The translations under genes and the position numbers were made by a program. The notes under the pieces were generated by a model, which had not been told where the DNA came from, did no database searches, and was given only the letters and a program-made list of their open reading frames with translations. A stretch of 63,946 nucleotides of DNA, filler included, from Octopus bimaculoides (Eukaryota): NCBI RefSeq assembly GCF_001194135.2. It is 5 parts of 5 records of this genome, joined end to end, with 100 filler letters (N's around TTAATTAATTAA, not from the genome) between each part and the next. Parts side by side here need not be neighbours in the genome. Positions count along the whole stretch, not along the records: positions 1 to 27,088 come from NC_069005.1; positions 27,189 to 45,897 come from NC_068989.1; 3 more parts are not named here. The stretch is one strand, 5' to 3'. Shown here one piece after another: positions 25,161 to 38,100 of this stretch. Position 1 is the first letter of the stretch, and every line of letters starts with the position of its first letter.

Positions 25161-27132
25161 CCATCATCACTGCCACTTCTATCACCATCATCACCATCAT
25201 TTTCATCACTTTTATTATCACCAACACCCCCTCACCACCACCACCACCATAACTAGTGCTGGTGTCAAAATACATCCTGTAAAGTGGTTGACCAACAAGC
25301 ATGGGCAACGTAGGGTCTGGCGCACACCTTTGGTCTTCTCAAGGACACGACAACACCTACCAAGTGCTGGTGCCATGATAAGATGCTCCCAGAACACTCT
25401 GTGAAGTGGTGGATGTTAGGAAGGGGATCAGGCTATAGAAATAAAGCCAAAACATAGGATAAAATTATATTTTACATTAGACTTGGACCGGTGCAGCCAT
25501 GGTGTGTGTGTGTGTGTGCCTGTGAGTATGTCTGTGTGTGACATATGTAGGAGTGGGTATATGTGTGTAATGTGTGAGCGTGCATACGTATGTGTATCAA
25601 TATATATGTGTATGAATATGTGTGTTTATATATCTGTGTGTGTGTGTGTGTGTACATATGTATGTGTGTGTTTATATGTATTTATGTATGTATGTATCGA
25701 TGTGTGTATATATATATGTGTATTTATAGATGTGTACATATGCCTGTGTGTGTGTGTGTGTGCGCGTGTGTACATGCATGTCTGAGTACGTCTGTGTATG
25801 ACATATACATAGGAATGGGTATATGTGTGTAATGCATGAGTGTATCAATATATATGTGTGTATGAATATGTGTTTATATATCTGTGTGTGTATGTATGTA
25901 TCTGTTGTTGGCTGTCTCAAAAGAAGAATATTCACCAAAGAGGCAAGCCATTACTTTTCAACAAGTTTTATATTTTAACTCATTATTATACATTGATATA
26001 TTCCAATATATTCTCCCAACTCGTGTCCTTATCTTGGTTGCCGTAGCAACAGAATTAAGTGACTGTAACAGCCATGATGGAAGACACAAATCTGAATATA
26101 TCAGAGTAACGAAATAAGGAAGATAATACTTTTTATATTGGCCACAAGGCCGGCAATTTTTTTGGTTGGGAGGTGATTGTTGATTGCGTTGACCCCTACT
26201 GGTGCTCAACTGGTTTTTATTTTATCGTCCTTGAAAGGATGGACAGCTAAGTCCACTTTGGTTACATTTCAATTCAAAGTATAAAGACCTGGAAGGAATG
26301 CTGCTAAGCATCTCGTCTGGATTGCTAATAATGGTTCTGCTAATTCACTACCCTTAATTAATTATTTCTAATTTCGGCTCAGGGCTGGCTCTTTTGAGGG
26401 GAGGGATAAGTCAGTTGCTTGACTGGTATTAATACTTTATTTTATTGACCTCAAAAGGATGAAAGGATAAGTTTACCTTGGAGGGATTTGAACTCAGAAT
26501 GTACATGCTTGAAGAAATGTTGTAAAGTATTGTCTTGCACACTAACAATTCTGCCACCTCGGTGCCTTAATAATTATGATCCTTCCTACTATAGACACAA
26601 AGCCTGAAGTTGTAAGGAAGGGGCTTGTTGATTACATTGACCCAGTACTCAACTGATATTTATTTTATCAGCCTCAAAATGAATGATGAATTTTGTATCA
26701 TAGAATTGGGAGTGGTCTTTGGTAGATTCGTGCCAAAGGTGTTAATAAAATACCTGCAATGATTTATTAATTTGACATTAACTGCATTACAGTATCAGCC
26801 TCTCCTTGTTACACCAATCAGTCTAGGACCCCCCCCCCCAAAAAAAAAGAATATGGAGTGCATTGTAAAAAAATAAACAAAATAAAATAAACCAAAACGA
26901 AACAAATCTAATGAATATAAATACTATGTTCTATTCTCTGAAACTTTATCAGATTCTCAGAGAAACTATTCCCCTGCGATTCTCGATAAGCTGTTCTTGC
27001 TAGAGATTTCTAAATACATGATTTCTGTTGAAACTTTGATTCATAAACAAAGCATTTAATCAAGGTGCAGCAGCACCAGCAACAACAANNNNNNNNNNNN
27101 NNNNNNNNNNNNNNNNNNNNNNNNNNNNNNNN

Positions 27133-27144
27133 TTAATTAATTAA
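27133..27144. other. Assembly spacer TTAATTAATTAA inside an N run (also 45942-45953, 59833-59844, 62803-62814)
   Basis: The same 12-mer, which has stops in all frames, sits inside four N gaps. It is not biological. Confidence 0.9.
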
Positions 27145-27188
27145 NNNNNNNNNNNNNNNNNNNNNNNNNNNNNNNNNNNNNNNNNNNN

Positions 27189-27220
<32 letters not shown>

Positions 27221-27828
27221 CTCTAATAATGCAAACATTATAAATGTCACATACTTAATACTTGTGTTTTCTTTAAACACTTATTACTTGTGGAATTTCG
27301 TAAAGGGAAAATCCATTTAAGACACCGTGTACTTAAAAACAATGAATACTTCAAAATGAGGGGAAACAAATTGCCTGAAGGTGAACTAAAACGGTGGGTG
27401 TCGATTCTTTTGTATATTATTAGCAGAGAATGTCAACCTAATATCACCATTTCTTTTTCCTCAGTTTTGTTGAAAGATACAGAATGTAAATATTCACACA
27501 AGTATGTATTTTTGGGTCAAGTTGTTCTCTTAGCTTTAAGAAGGTAACTCTAGGCTTCTGGTGTGCGTTTGTGTAATCCAGCTCCTCTTGAGTCCATTGA
27601 AACATTTGAACCCAACATTGTAAGCTAATGCATTTATATATCGTCTCCACTGTTTCTAATTGTGAACTGTTGTACCTATTTGGCAACTAAGTCAAGATAA
27701 CCATTGAGAGTTAAGTGCTATTGCTAAGTACACAATGAAATACCTGTGTTAGGAATTAAATTGTTAATTCTTTTACTGGTATTTTGGTACTCCAGTTACA
27801 TTGATACCTACGGCTATGATGCTCTTAA

Positions 27829-28119
27829 CCCATTACCTACCAGTGATCTCATATGAGATCACTTAAAAATTACAAATTTCGTAATTATCTGTAAATATTT
27901 ACACATATCTTACCTTTTTGCTATATCTACTAGGTATATTTCTCTGATATTCAAATGAGGTTTGCTAATTTTTCACCCAATATCTCGCTTATTTCTATTT
28001 AAAATGTTATTTTGAAATGTTATTTTGATCATTCCAGCGTTGTTTCTAAGGCTGTTTTATGCTAGAAATCAAACTTTCATAAAAAAATTCCAGTTAATAG
28101 AATTATGGGAAGTAATGGG
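27829..28119. mobile_element. TTAA-flanked non-autonomous DNA transposon (piggyBac-type MITE)
   Basis: TTAA|CCCATTACCTACCA ... TGGGAAGTAATGGG|TTAA: 14-bp TIR with 2 mismatches and a TTAA target duplication. Confidence 0.75.
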
Positions 28120-28410
28120 TTAATACTTGGTAATTGCTATACATAAGCTAGATTATCAGGGACCAGTTTGTTAATAAATGACAGAAGATTTTGATAATGT
28201 AGTATGTTAATAGAAAAGCCCCAAGAAACTGAATATCATGATCCATACTTGGCTTCATAATGTAGAGTAGCCCTAGATTCTCCCTATATAACTCTCCTTA
28301 TCATTTATCCACTCAGTTTCCTGTCACTTTTTTCTCAATAGCTCCTGACACTAATCCCTTTCCATTACCCTGTTCCCTGCCATACTCCTCTTCCCAACTT
28401 AGTGCCTACT

Positions 28411-28690
28411 CATCATCATCATCGTTTAACGTCCGCTTTCCATGCTAGCATGGATTGGACAATTTGACTGAGGACTGGCAAACCAGATGGCTACACCAGG
28501 TTCCAATCTGATTTGGCAGAGTTTCTACAGCTGGATGCCCTTCCTAATGCCAACCACTCCGAGAGTGTAGTGGGTGCTTTTATGTGCCACTGGCATGAAG
28601 GCCAGTCAGGTGGTACTTGCAACGGCCATGCTCAAAATGGTGTATTTTACGTGCCACCTGCACAGGAGCCAGTCCAGCGGCACTGGCAAC
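28411..28690 (-). mobile_element. RTE LINE 3' UTR copy
   Basis: Reverse complement of 9525-9757 / 40400-40682, with a (CAT)n tail. Confidence 0.85.
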
Positions 28691-31600
28691 ATTACTTTCT
28701 CCTTTTCCACCCTATCACAACTATAAATCTGTTCCTTTCACTTACCTTCCCTTATCACCCACCTGGAATCATTGCCCCCTCTCCTAGTCTCTCTGTTATA
28801 AAGAGCCACTTTAGGCCCTTATTCTTGCAAGTTACAAGACAATCTTCATTAGTGCTGGTGTCACAAAAGCTAAAAAGCATCCAATACTTTCTGCAAAGTG
28901 GGCATTAGGAAGGGCTTCCAGTTGCAGAAACCTTGTCAAAATAGACAATGGAGCATGATGCAGTAATCTGATTTGTCAGATCTTGTTCAACCATTCAACA
29001 TATGACAGCATGGAAGCTAGATGTTAGATGATGATTATGATGATGACAACAATAGTTTGCTCATCAATATTTGATGATGGTCTAACAGCTGCTAGACAAG
29101 CACAAAACTATTTTTAAAAATAAAAATGAGAAAGAGTGGCATGCACATTTGATTCACTTTTCTTACCTGATATGCCCAGAAGCAAGGTAAAATCAAGACA
29201 GTTGTGTGTGGTATCAGTTTGTTTTCAACGATTAGATGACAAAGGAATAATCATTTTTAGATCCTAAAACTAAAGTGCCATGTGAAAATTACTGGTGCCA
29301 AATAAAAAGCATCAAATGTACTCTGGAATGGTTGACATTAAGGAAGGGAATCTAGCTGTAGAAACCAAGACAAAATCTGTCTTATGGAATCTGGTGTGGC
29401 CCCTGGCTTTGCCAGTTCTTGTCAAGCCGTCCAACCCATGCCAGCCTGGGAAACGGACGTGAAATATTGGCGATGATGAAAATAGTATCTAATTAATTTA
29501 GAATTATTTTAGTCCCAGCACATGATCCCTGATCAAATCATTAAAAAAAAAAAAACAAGGGTAATTCACAAATTTCATTATCTTTCTAATTACAAGCATG
29601 TATTTTTGTTTCTTTATACATCTTTCACAAGTACAGAATTTCATTTACATAATTACTTAATTTTCCAATTCATTTTATATTTCTTTCTTTTNNNNNNNNN
29701 NNNNNNNNNNNNNNNNNNNNNNNNNNNNNNNNNNNNNNNNNNNNNNNNNNNNNNNNNNNNNNNNNNNNNNNNNNNNNNNNNNNNNNNNNNNNNNNNNNNN
29801 NNNNNNNNNNNNNNNNNNNNNNNNNNNNNNNNNNNNNNNNNNNNNNNNNNNNNNNNNNNNNNNNNNNNNNNNNNNNNNNNNNNNNNNNNNNNNNNNNNNN
29901 NNNNNNNNNNNNNNNNNNNNNNNNNNNNNNNNNNNNNNNNNNNNNNNNNNNNNNNNNNNNNNNNNNNNNNNNNNNNNNNNNNNNNNNNNNNNNNNNNNNN
30001 NNNNNNNNNNNNNNNNNNNNNNNNNNNNNNNNNNNNNNNNNNNNNNNNNNNNNNNNNNNNNNNNNNNNNNNNNNNNNNNNNNNNNNNNNNNNNNNNNNNN
30101 NNNNNNNNNNNNNNNNNNNNNNNNNNNNNNNNNNNNNNNNNNNNNNNNNNNNNNNNNNNNNNNNNNNNNNNNNNNNNNNNNNNNNNNNNNNNNNNNNNNN
30201 NNNNNNNNNNNNNNNNNNNNNNNNNNNNNNNNNNNNNNNNNNNNNNNNNNNNNNNNNNNNNNNNNNNNNNNNNNNNNNNNNNNNNNNNNNNNNNNNNNNN
30301 NNNNNNNNNNNNNNNNNNNNNNNNNNNNNNNNNNNNNNNNNNNNNNNNNNNNNNNNNNNNNNNNNNNNNNNNNNNNNNNNNNNNNNNNNNNNNNNNNNNN
30401 NNNNNNNNNNNNNNNNNNNNNNNNNNNNNNNNNNNNNNNNNNNNNNNNNNNNNNNNNNNNNNNNNNNNNNNNNNNNNNNNNNNNNNNNNNNNNNNNNNNN
30501 NNNNNNNNNNNNNNNNNNNNNNNNNNNNNNNNNNNNNNNNNNNNNNNNNNNNNNNNNNNNNNNNNNNNTACATGACTGGAAGACTTTTCCCCTCTTTGTT
30601 CCATCACCTGGCAGCTTGGGTGCCTTTAATAAAGCCCAGTCTGTTGCATGTGTTTGGCCAGATCTTTGGTTTGAGGAGACCATCCCTGTGTCTGACCAAT
30701 CTTGAGACCCCTGGTAAAGGATCATGGGCATTGTTGTCTCTCCTGATGAAAAGATTAAAAATAAAAAAACTTAAACGTTGCCACAGTGGTTAAGAAGCTC
30801 GCTTTGCAACCATGTGATTGCAGGTTCAGTCCCACTGCATAACATTTTGGGCAAGTGTCTTCTATAGTCCCAGGCTGGCCAATGCATTGCGAGTAAATTT
30901 GGGAGGCTGAAGCCTGTTGTGTGTTTGTGTGTGTACACGTTTACACGCCTGTCCATCCCACCACTGTTTGATAACCAGTGCTGGCATGTTTATACCCCAG
31001 CAACTTAGTAGTTTGTTAAAGAGATTGTTAAAATATGTATCGGACTTTAAAAAAAAAAAAGTACTGGGGTTGATTTGTTGAACTAAACCCTTCATGGTGG
31101 TGCTTTAGCATTGTTACTGTCCAGTGACTAAAACAAGTAAAAGACATGTTAAGCAGTAAAAAAAAAGAAAGGAAAATCTTGTGGGGGGATTCAATGGGTG
31201 ACTGTTCCTTTTATATTGCCTTCACTTCCCGCCAGGCTTATATGAGTAAGACAAATATATCATTGAGGCATTGTCTTACAGCTGGATGCTCTGGTTTTTA
31301 CTGACCTTTGAAGGCACAAAGGGAGTGCACAAGTTGTCGACAGGAGAAAGGACAACATCACTGCCTGTAGTGACTGATATGCAGTACAAATCTAAACAAA
31401 CCACAGCTGTGCACATAGACATGCATGCACACACACGATGTACTTCTTTCAGTTTCTGTCCACCAAACTCATTCCAAAGGCTTTGGTTGGCTTGGGGCTA
31501 TAATAGATGTTTGCCCAAGGTGTTGCACAGTTGGACTGAACCTGAAACCATGTGATTAGGAAGCAAGCTTCTAAACCATAAAGCTGCGCGTGTGCCTCTC

Positions 31601-31779
31601 TTTCTTTGTCTGTCTAGTGGTAACCATTGTATAGCTCTCTTGGGTATTCATTCTTCTGATAGTCAGAAAACATGACATTCAAGCCTCACTCTTCTTTCTG
31701 CCACAGTCACCTGCAACTATACAGATGGGTTCTTCTCAGGACTTCAGAGTTTGTGATTTTGTCACTGTAAGTGACCTTC

Positions 31780-32000
31780 AGTATTTTACATAGACCCTAT
31801 TGGTAAGGTACGTTCAACTTCTGAGTGATCCTGGTAGCCATGTCCAAGTTTCTCCTGCATAGACTGCTGTTGGCAGGACAGTGCTCTGGTACACAGAATC
31901 TTCATACAATTTCCAATCAAAGTGTTGGTCCAAATCTTCTTCATTCCTCTGAACACTGCCACTGCACACCCAATTCTTGATGTATGGCACAAACAAATCA
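31780..32000 (-). mobile_element. Decayed RTE-clade RT C-terminal fragment
   Basis: Minus frame ...VYQSTVLPTAVYAGETW, matching the RTE motif xVLPxLLYGxETW. Confidence 0.6.
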
Positions 32001-32705
32001 AAAGAGTAGAGCCTTCAACAATCTATCAGTTTTGATGCTGCTTTTGATTAATAAACATTTATAACATTGGCATAAGGCCAGGAATTTATATCATGTATGC
32101 ATTGCCAATGAGTCTACTTACTCTGTTGAATCTGATATCTACATACTGTCCTCAAGTACTGAAGGACAACCTCAGAGCACTGGACCTTTTGGATGAGATG
32201 ACAAAGGACTGAGATACGTGGCACCTTGCTGTACTCAAGAAGACCTGTCTCCCACAGCAGAAGTGTTAAGGCTGCATCCCTTGGTGAATGAGACTGACCT
32301 GCAAGACTCCTGTGCCAGTGTCATGTAAAAAGCACTCCTGTCGGTGCCATGTAAAGGCACTCATGCTAGTACTATGTTAAAAGCACCAAGCACACACTGT
32401 AAAGTGGTTGGCATTAGGAAGGGTATCCAACCATAGAACCCATGCCGAATCAGACAGGAACCTGGTGCAGCTCTCCCGCTTGCCAGCTGTGGACAGACCA
32501 TCTTACCCATGGAAATGGACGTTAAAGGAGGATGATGATGATGATGATGATGATCTATTCACAGGCTGGCACATTCACAACCATTTACAAACTGTAGTAG
32601 TTGTGTTAACAGTAACATATCAGTCATAGTCTGTTCATCCAACCCCTACTGTCACAGAGATCCTGTAAATGCCAGGCCTGTTATCTTCCCTTCTTTCACT
32701 ATGCC

Positions 32706-33665
32706 ATCATCATCATCATCATCATCGTTTAGCGTCCGCTTTCCATGCTAGCATGGGTTGGATGATTTGACTGAGGACTGGTGCAACCGGATGGCTACAC
32801 CAGGCTCCAATCTAATTTGGCAGAGTTTCTACAGCTGGATGCCCTTCCTAACGCCAACCACTCAGAGAGTGTAGTGGGTGCTTTTACGTGTCACCCGCAC
32901 GAAAACGGCCACGCTCGAAATGGTGTCTTTTATGTGCCACCCGCACAAGAGCCAGTCCAGGGGCACTGGCAACGATCTCGCTCGAAAACCCTACAAGGCC
33001 AGTCAGGCGGTACTGGCAACGGTCACGCTCAGNNNNNNNNNNNNNNNNNNNNNNNNNNNNNNNNNNNNNNNNNNNNNNNNNNNNNNNNNNNNNNNNNNNN
33101 NNNNNNNNNNNNNNNNNNNNNNNNNNNNNNNNNNNNNNNNNNNNNNNNNNNNNNNNNNNNNNNNNNNNNNNNNNNNNNNNNNNNNNNNNNNNNNNNNNNN
33201 NNNNNNNNNNNNNNNNNNNNNNNNNNNNNNNNNNNNNNNNNNNNNNNNNNNNNNNNNNNNNNNNNNNNNNNNNNNNNNNNNNNNNNNNNNNNNNNNNNNN
33301 NNNNNNNNNNNNNNNNNNNNNNNNNNNNNNNNNNNNNNNNNNNNNNNNNNNNNNNNNNNNNNNNNNNNNNNNNNNNNNNNNNNNNNNNNNNNNNNNNNNN
33401 NNNNNNNCGAAGGTCTTGCCTCACCACCTCAGCCCAGGTCTTCCTGGGCCTACCTCTTCCACGGGTTCCCTCAACTGTTAGGGAGTGGCACTTTTTCACG
33501 CAGCTATCCTCATTCATTCTCACTACATGTCCCAACCAGCGCAATCGTCTCTCTTGCACACCACTACTGACGCTTCTTATGTTCAGCTTTTCTCTCAAGA
33601 TACTTACACTCTGACGGGTATGCACATTTACATTACACATCCAGCGGAGCATACTGGCTTCATTC
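32706..33665 (-). mobile_element. RTE-clade LINE, 5'-truncated (ORF C-terminus, gap, 3' UTR, (GAT)n tail)
   Basis: MLRWMCNV...QERRLRWLGHVVRMNEDSCVKKCHSLTVEGTRGRGRPRKTW contains the RTE hallmarks RRLRWLGHVxRM and GRGRPxKTW. Confidence 0.92.
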
Positions 33666-34514
33666 CTTGCGAAAAAATCTTTGGTCTTTGAAAATACTTT
33701 ATTCTAAAAATATTTCAGCTGTCTAGTTTTCATATTTTTTATCTTTTGTTTATTTGTCATTGGACTGTGGTCATGCTGGAGCATCACTTTGACGGGTTAT
33801 AGTTGAACAAATCAATCTCAGTACTTAATTTTTTAAAGTTTGGTACTCTGCTAAGTTACAGGCATGTAAACACACCACCACAGGTTGTCAAGTGGTGGGG
33901 GTGTCTATGTGTGGGACAGACATAAACCTAATGACACACATAGATATGACAGGCTTCTTTCAGTTTCTTTCTACCAAATCTACTTGCAAAGCTTGGCCCG
34001 GATCTATTGTAGAAGACACTTGTCTAAAGTGTAACACAGTGAAACTGAACCTGAAACCACGTGTTTGGAGAGCAAATTGCTTACCATATAGCCATACCTG
34101 CACCCATTTATTGTTTTAAATGTAAAGATGGTCAGTAGAAGTGGGGAAGTGCCCTTGTGGTTTGCAAGACATCTCACACTGGTGAGATTGCTGTGGTCAC
34201 TGTTCAGCTTGAAAACCTGTAAGTTGGTGTCTGTAGGAACAATGTGGTTAGTGTGCATGTGGGGGAAATTCCAGTGGGTTACAGTACTGGGGTGGAAGAA
34301 CTGGTTAAGTGTTTAGTATGTTGTCTGGGATGTGAGATTCAGTAAAGGGTAATGGAAAGAGGAAAAACAAATGAAACAGTGTAGAAGGGGTGTGACTAGT
34401 CAATTTGTAGTAGTAGTAGTAGGGAAAATAAATGGCATTTCAGTGTTCCTGTGGTTGAGAGAAGAGGATACATTCTGATGTGATGTTGTGGTTGGCACTT
34501 ATTATGATACCTGA

Positions 34515-34950
34515 AAGGTGACGAGCTGGCAGAAACGTTAGCATGCCGGGCGAAATGCTTAGCGGTATTTCGTCTGCCACTACGTTCTGAGTTCAAATTC
34601 CACCGAGGTTGACTTTGTCTTTCATCGTTTCGGGGTCAATAAATTAAGTACCAGTTACGCACTGTGGTCGATGTAATCGACTTAATCTGTTTGTCTGTCC
34701 TTGTTTGTCCCCTTTATGTTTAGCTCCTTGTGGGCAATAAAGAAATATGAAATGTTAGCATGCTGGGTGAAATGCTTAACGGTATTTCGTCTGACGCTAC
34801 GTTCTGAGTTCAAATTCAGCCGAGGTCGACTTTGCCTTTCATCCTTTCGGGGTCGATGAATTAAGTACCAGTTACGTACTGGGGTCGATGTAATCGACTT
34901 AATCCGTTTGTCTGTCCTTGTTTGGCCCCCTGTGGGCAATAAAGAAATAA
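34515..34950 (+). mobile_element. SINE family C tandem dimer
   Basis: Two consecutive units ending GTGGGCAATAAAGAAATA; the second starts at GAAATGTTAGC. Confidence 0.9.
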
Positions 34951-35026
34951 CTTATTGTGATACCTGTGATCTTTTTAGTTGATGATATCTAGGAATAATT
35001 TTTTCCACATTTTTTTCCCTTTACAG

Positions 35027-35165
35027 AAAAGAATTATGAGCAAGCTCGGTACCATTTCCTGCACTCAACAGATGGTGCCAACACTGCTGCTCTACTCATT
35101 GAATACCATGTATCTCGGGGATTTCCTAGCGAGGTCGACTTATTTATTGCCCAAGCTGTGTTGCA
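35027..35165 (+). CDS. GET4: GET4 internal exon (139 nt, phase 1 to 2): [16 protein letters not shown]...FIAQAVLQ
   Basis: Acceptor ttttttccctttacag|AA; donor TTGCA|gtgagt; open frame with GET4 motifs. Confidence 0.95.
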
Positions 35166-38100
35166 GTGAGTTACTTATTTCTGTAATATGTATATATTTG
35201 TGTGTGTGAATATATATACCTTTTCCAATATTAATCTCTTTTTCCACTTTCATTTCCAGCTCCATACTGATTTCTCCCACCTCACTCTTGTGTAATGTGA
35301 GCAGCCCTGTATCTGCTCTACAACAAGAACCCATTCTGCCCTCACCTTTCTCACATACTCTAACCTTTCATTGCCTGGCATAAATTTGCCTCCCTCTCTA
35401 CTAGCCTTACTCAGTTGATGAGGGTCTTAGTCTTGTGAGCCACATAGCAACCACATTAGTACTGCTGCTATGGAAGAGAAAAAAAAAGCACCCAGTAAGT
35501 AAACTGTAATGTGATTGGTGTTTGGAAGTTCATCAAACTCTAGAAACCATGCCAAAGCAGATATTAGAACATGATGCAGTCCTATGACCTATTACATCTT
35601 GCTGAATCATCCAACCCATGCCAGCATGGAAGACAGATGTTAAAAGATGATGATGGTGAACTACTCCGCATAAAATTTGGAGTGAAGGAATGACACCTAT
35701 TGTCAATCAATCAAATAGCGAGAAGAGTTATCTTCCTTGTTTAATGGCACAAAATAGTGACTAGAGCTATCCTCTTTGTGCTATACCCCACTTCAGTTTA
35801 CCCAAAAAGCATGGGCCCCACCTTATATGGACAAAGTCAGTACACACACATACACATACACACATTTTCAAATAGAGTTTTAATTAAAACTTTATTGAAA
35901 ATTTTATTCAGTCGTTACCTACTTACACTCCATTTTGAAGTAACCCCACATCCTACCAAAATATTGTCATGTCCCTGCCAGTGCGGCCAGGGGTGCTCCC
36001 TCTCCCTCAACACTGGACTAAAGCAGAGTTTCATTTCATAACCACGTGGATCAGTAAGACAAACAATTGCATTCATGATTGTATGACAAGTGATGAAGTA
36101 TCTCAAGGGGATATTCATGAATGGTGGTAAGTCAGAAGCCGAACTGGATGGTCTTCAGAAGAGGAGAAATTGGTTAAAATGCTAAACTCACTATCTTCAG
36201 CTTGTGTTTTCATGCCTATCCTCACTTATGGTCATGAATGTGGGGTATTGACCAAAAGAGTAAGACTAAAATGCGGTTCATTCACAGGGTCTTCAGAGTA
36301 ACATTTCTTGGCCGTTTGCCTAACTTGGAGATTAGGAAGTCTCTCCAAGTGGAGCACTATGGACAAGTGATTAGAATGTCTCAAAAAACAATTGCAAGAT
36401 GAATTCTTCTAGTTGAGCCAACTAGCAGGAGACCCAACGGGAAACTAAGAACAGGATAGTTGGATGATATCCATAGTCTTAGTTGGTTAAACTTGGGGAT
36501 CCAACTGGTAAATTCTAATGACGGCTGCTTCTGAGATAGAACCTTGTGGAAGAGGCACCTAGGACTGTCTCTCCATGACCCAAAAATAATGGTCAGAGAA
36601 GATTAATGGATTAAATATATGTTACTTAATTTTTTACCTAATAACATTTTTACTGTTTAACCCTTTAACATTAAAACCAGCCAATCCAACCCAAATATTA
36701 TACCTATTTTACGTACTGACTGACCATTTTCAGCCTCTCACACCAACCCTATAATGTCATGCTAAAATTAAATAGGCACATCATTAAAATCTCAAAGCCA
36801 AGAGATAATGCATGGATAATTCAAAACAATGTGAATAAATCAGTATTATATTAGACAGAATAATCTGACTACTAAAGGGTTAATATCCCTCTTGTTATGA
36901 GTGAAGTGGATTTGTATTGAAGTAATTACCTTAACAACGACATACTTTGGACCCAGGTAGCAATGTGGCTTGTTCAGGGATCTCATAGTACAGTAGTTAT
37001 GTTGCTAGAGACCCTGTATACTTTTATACAAATTTATATTTTGTTAAAAACTGTTTTTATTTTTCAGGTTCTTGTGCCTTCAAAATAAAGATACAGCTAA
37101 TGTTGTATTCTTGAAGTACACCAAGGAGCATCCTCACCTGAAAAAAGGACCACCTTTCCTGATGCCATTATTGAACTTCATTTGGTTTTTGCTTTTAGCT
37201 TTGGACACGTAAGTATAGATTATAGATTATTCATGGCTGAGAGGCAGAGAGAGAGAGAGAGAGAGAGAGAAAAACTTTCACTTTAGCTTTATGTCTAAAA
37301 GTCTATTGTATTATTTTACAGTAACAAGGCAGTTAAGACGGCCAAAGCAAATTGCATTAATACCTCATTTTATGCTGTCTGGATAAAACTATAATCGCTT
37401 TGGTTTAGCACCTGTTGTTCGTATGTTGTTCCTGAAGGATGAATCTATTAAGAAAATTGCCTTGTCTCTCAGTACTGCTGATTTTGCAGTACTGATAACA
37501 TCTCTAGATACAGATAATATCTGCAGATATTGAGTTTTCATAGCCACACATTTTGTGAAAGGAATAAACCCATTTATTCCACTTTCTTCATGCGCCATAT
37601 TTTGCTTTTTTTTTTTATATAGGCATTAGTGTTCAATGATATATTATATGTGTGCATGTGCATGTGTCTGTGTGTTTGTGTGTAATTTAAAAGCCAGTTG
37701 CACTGTATTTGTTTTCTGAAGATGTTAGCATTTCTTGATTAAATATCGTTTTTATTGCAGAGGAAAAGTCAGTCTGTTTACTATCTTATGTGAAAAATAT
37801 GAAACTTCAATCAACAGAGATCCAACTTATAAGGAGGTATGTTTTATTTTTGTTTTGTCATCATTGCTGTTGTTATCTTCCTCCTCTACTATCATCACTT
37901 CATCCTCCACTATCATCACTTGCACATCCTCTCTGGCTCTTTACCTTCTCAGTGCACCTGTATTGTTTCATTCCTTCAGGTAATGCATTAATTACTATGC
38001 CCAGGTTGTCCTCTCTTCTTCTCCGGGTCCAACAAGAACAGCAACTATGTTGACCTCATTCATTCTGGAAAGTATGTAAAGTCAAATCAAAGTAAAAAAA

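Noticed and set aside
11588-27501. Plus-strand AG…GT exon-like segments (11588-11636, 12980-12995, 14560-14621, 23478-23521, 27465-27501)
   Set aside because: They have stops in the needed frames or no GET4-like translation; such signals are expected by chance in AT-rich introns.
27444-27686. 80-codon minus-strand ORF with a possible acceptor
   Set aside because: No recognisable homology and no convincing donor or neighbouring exon.
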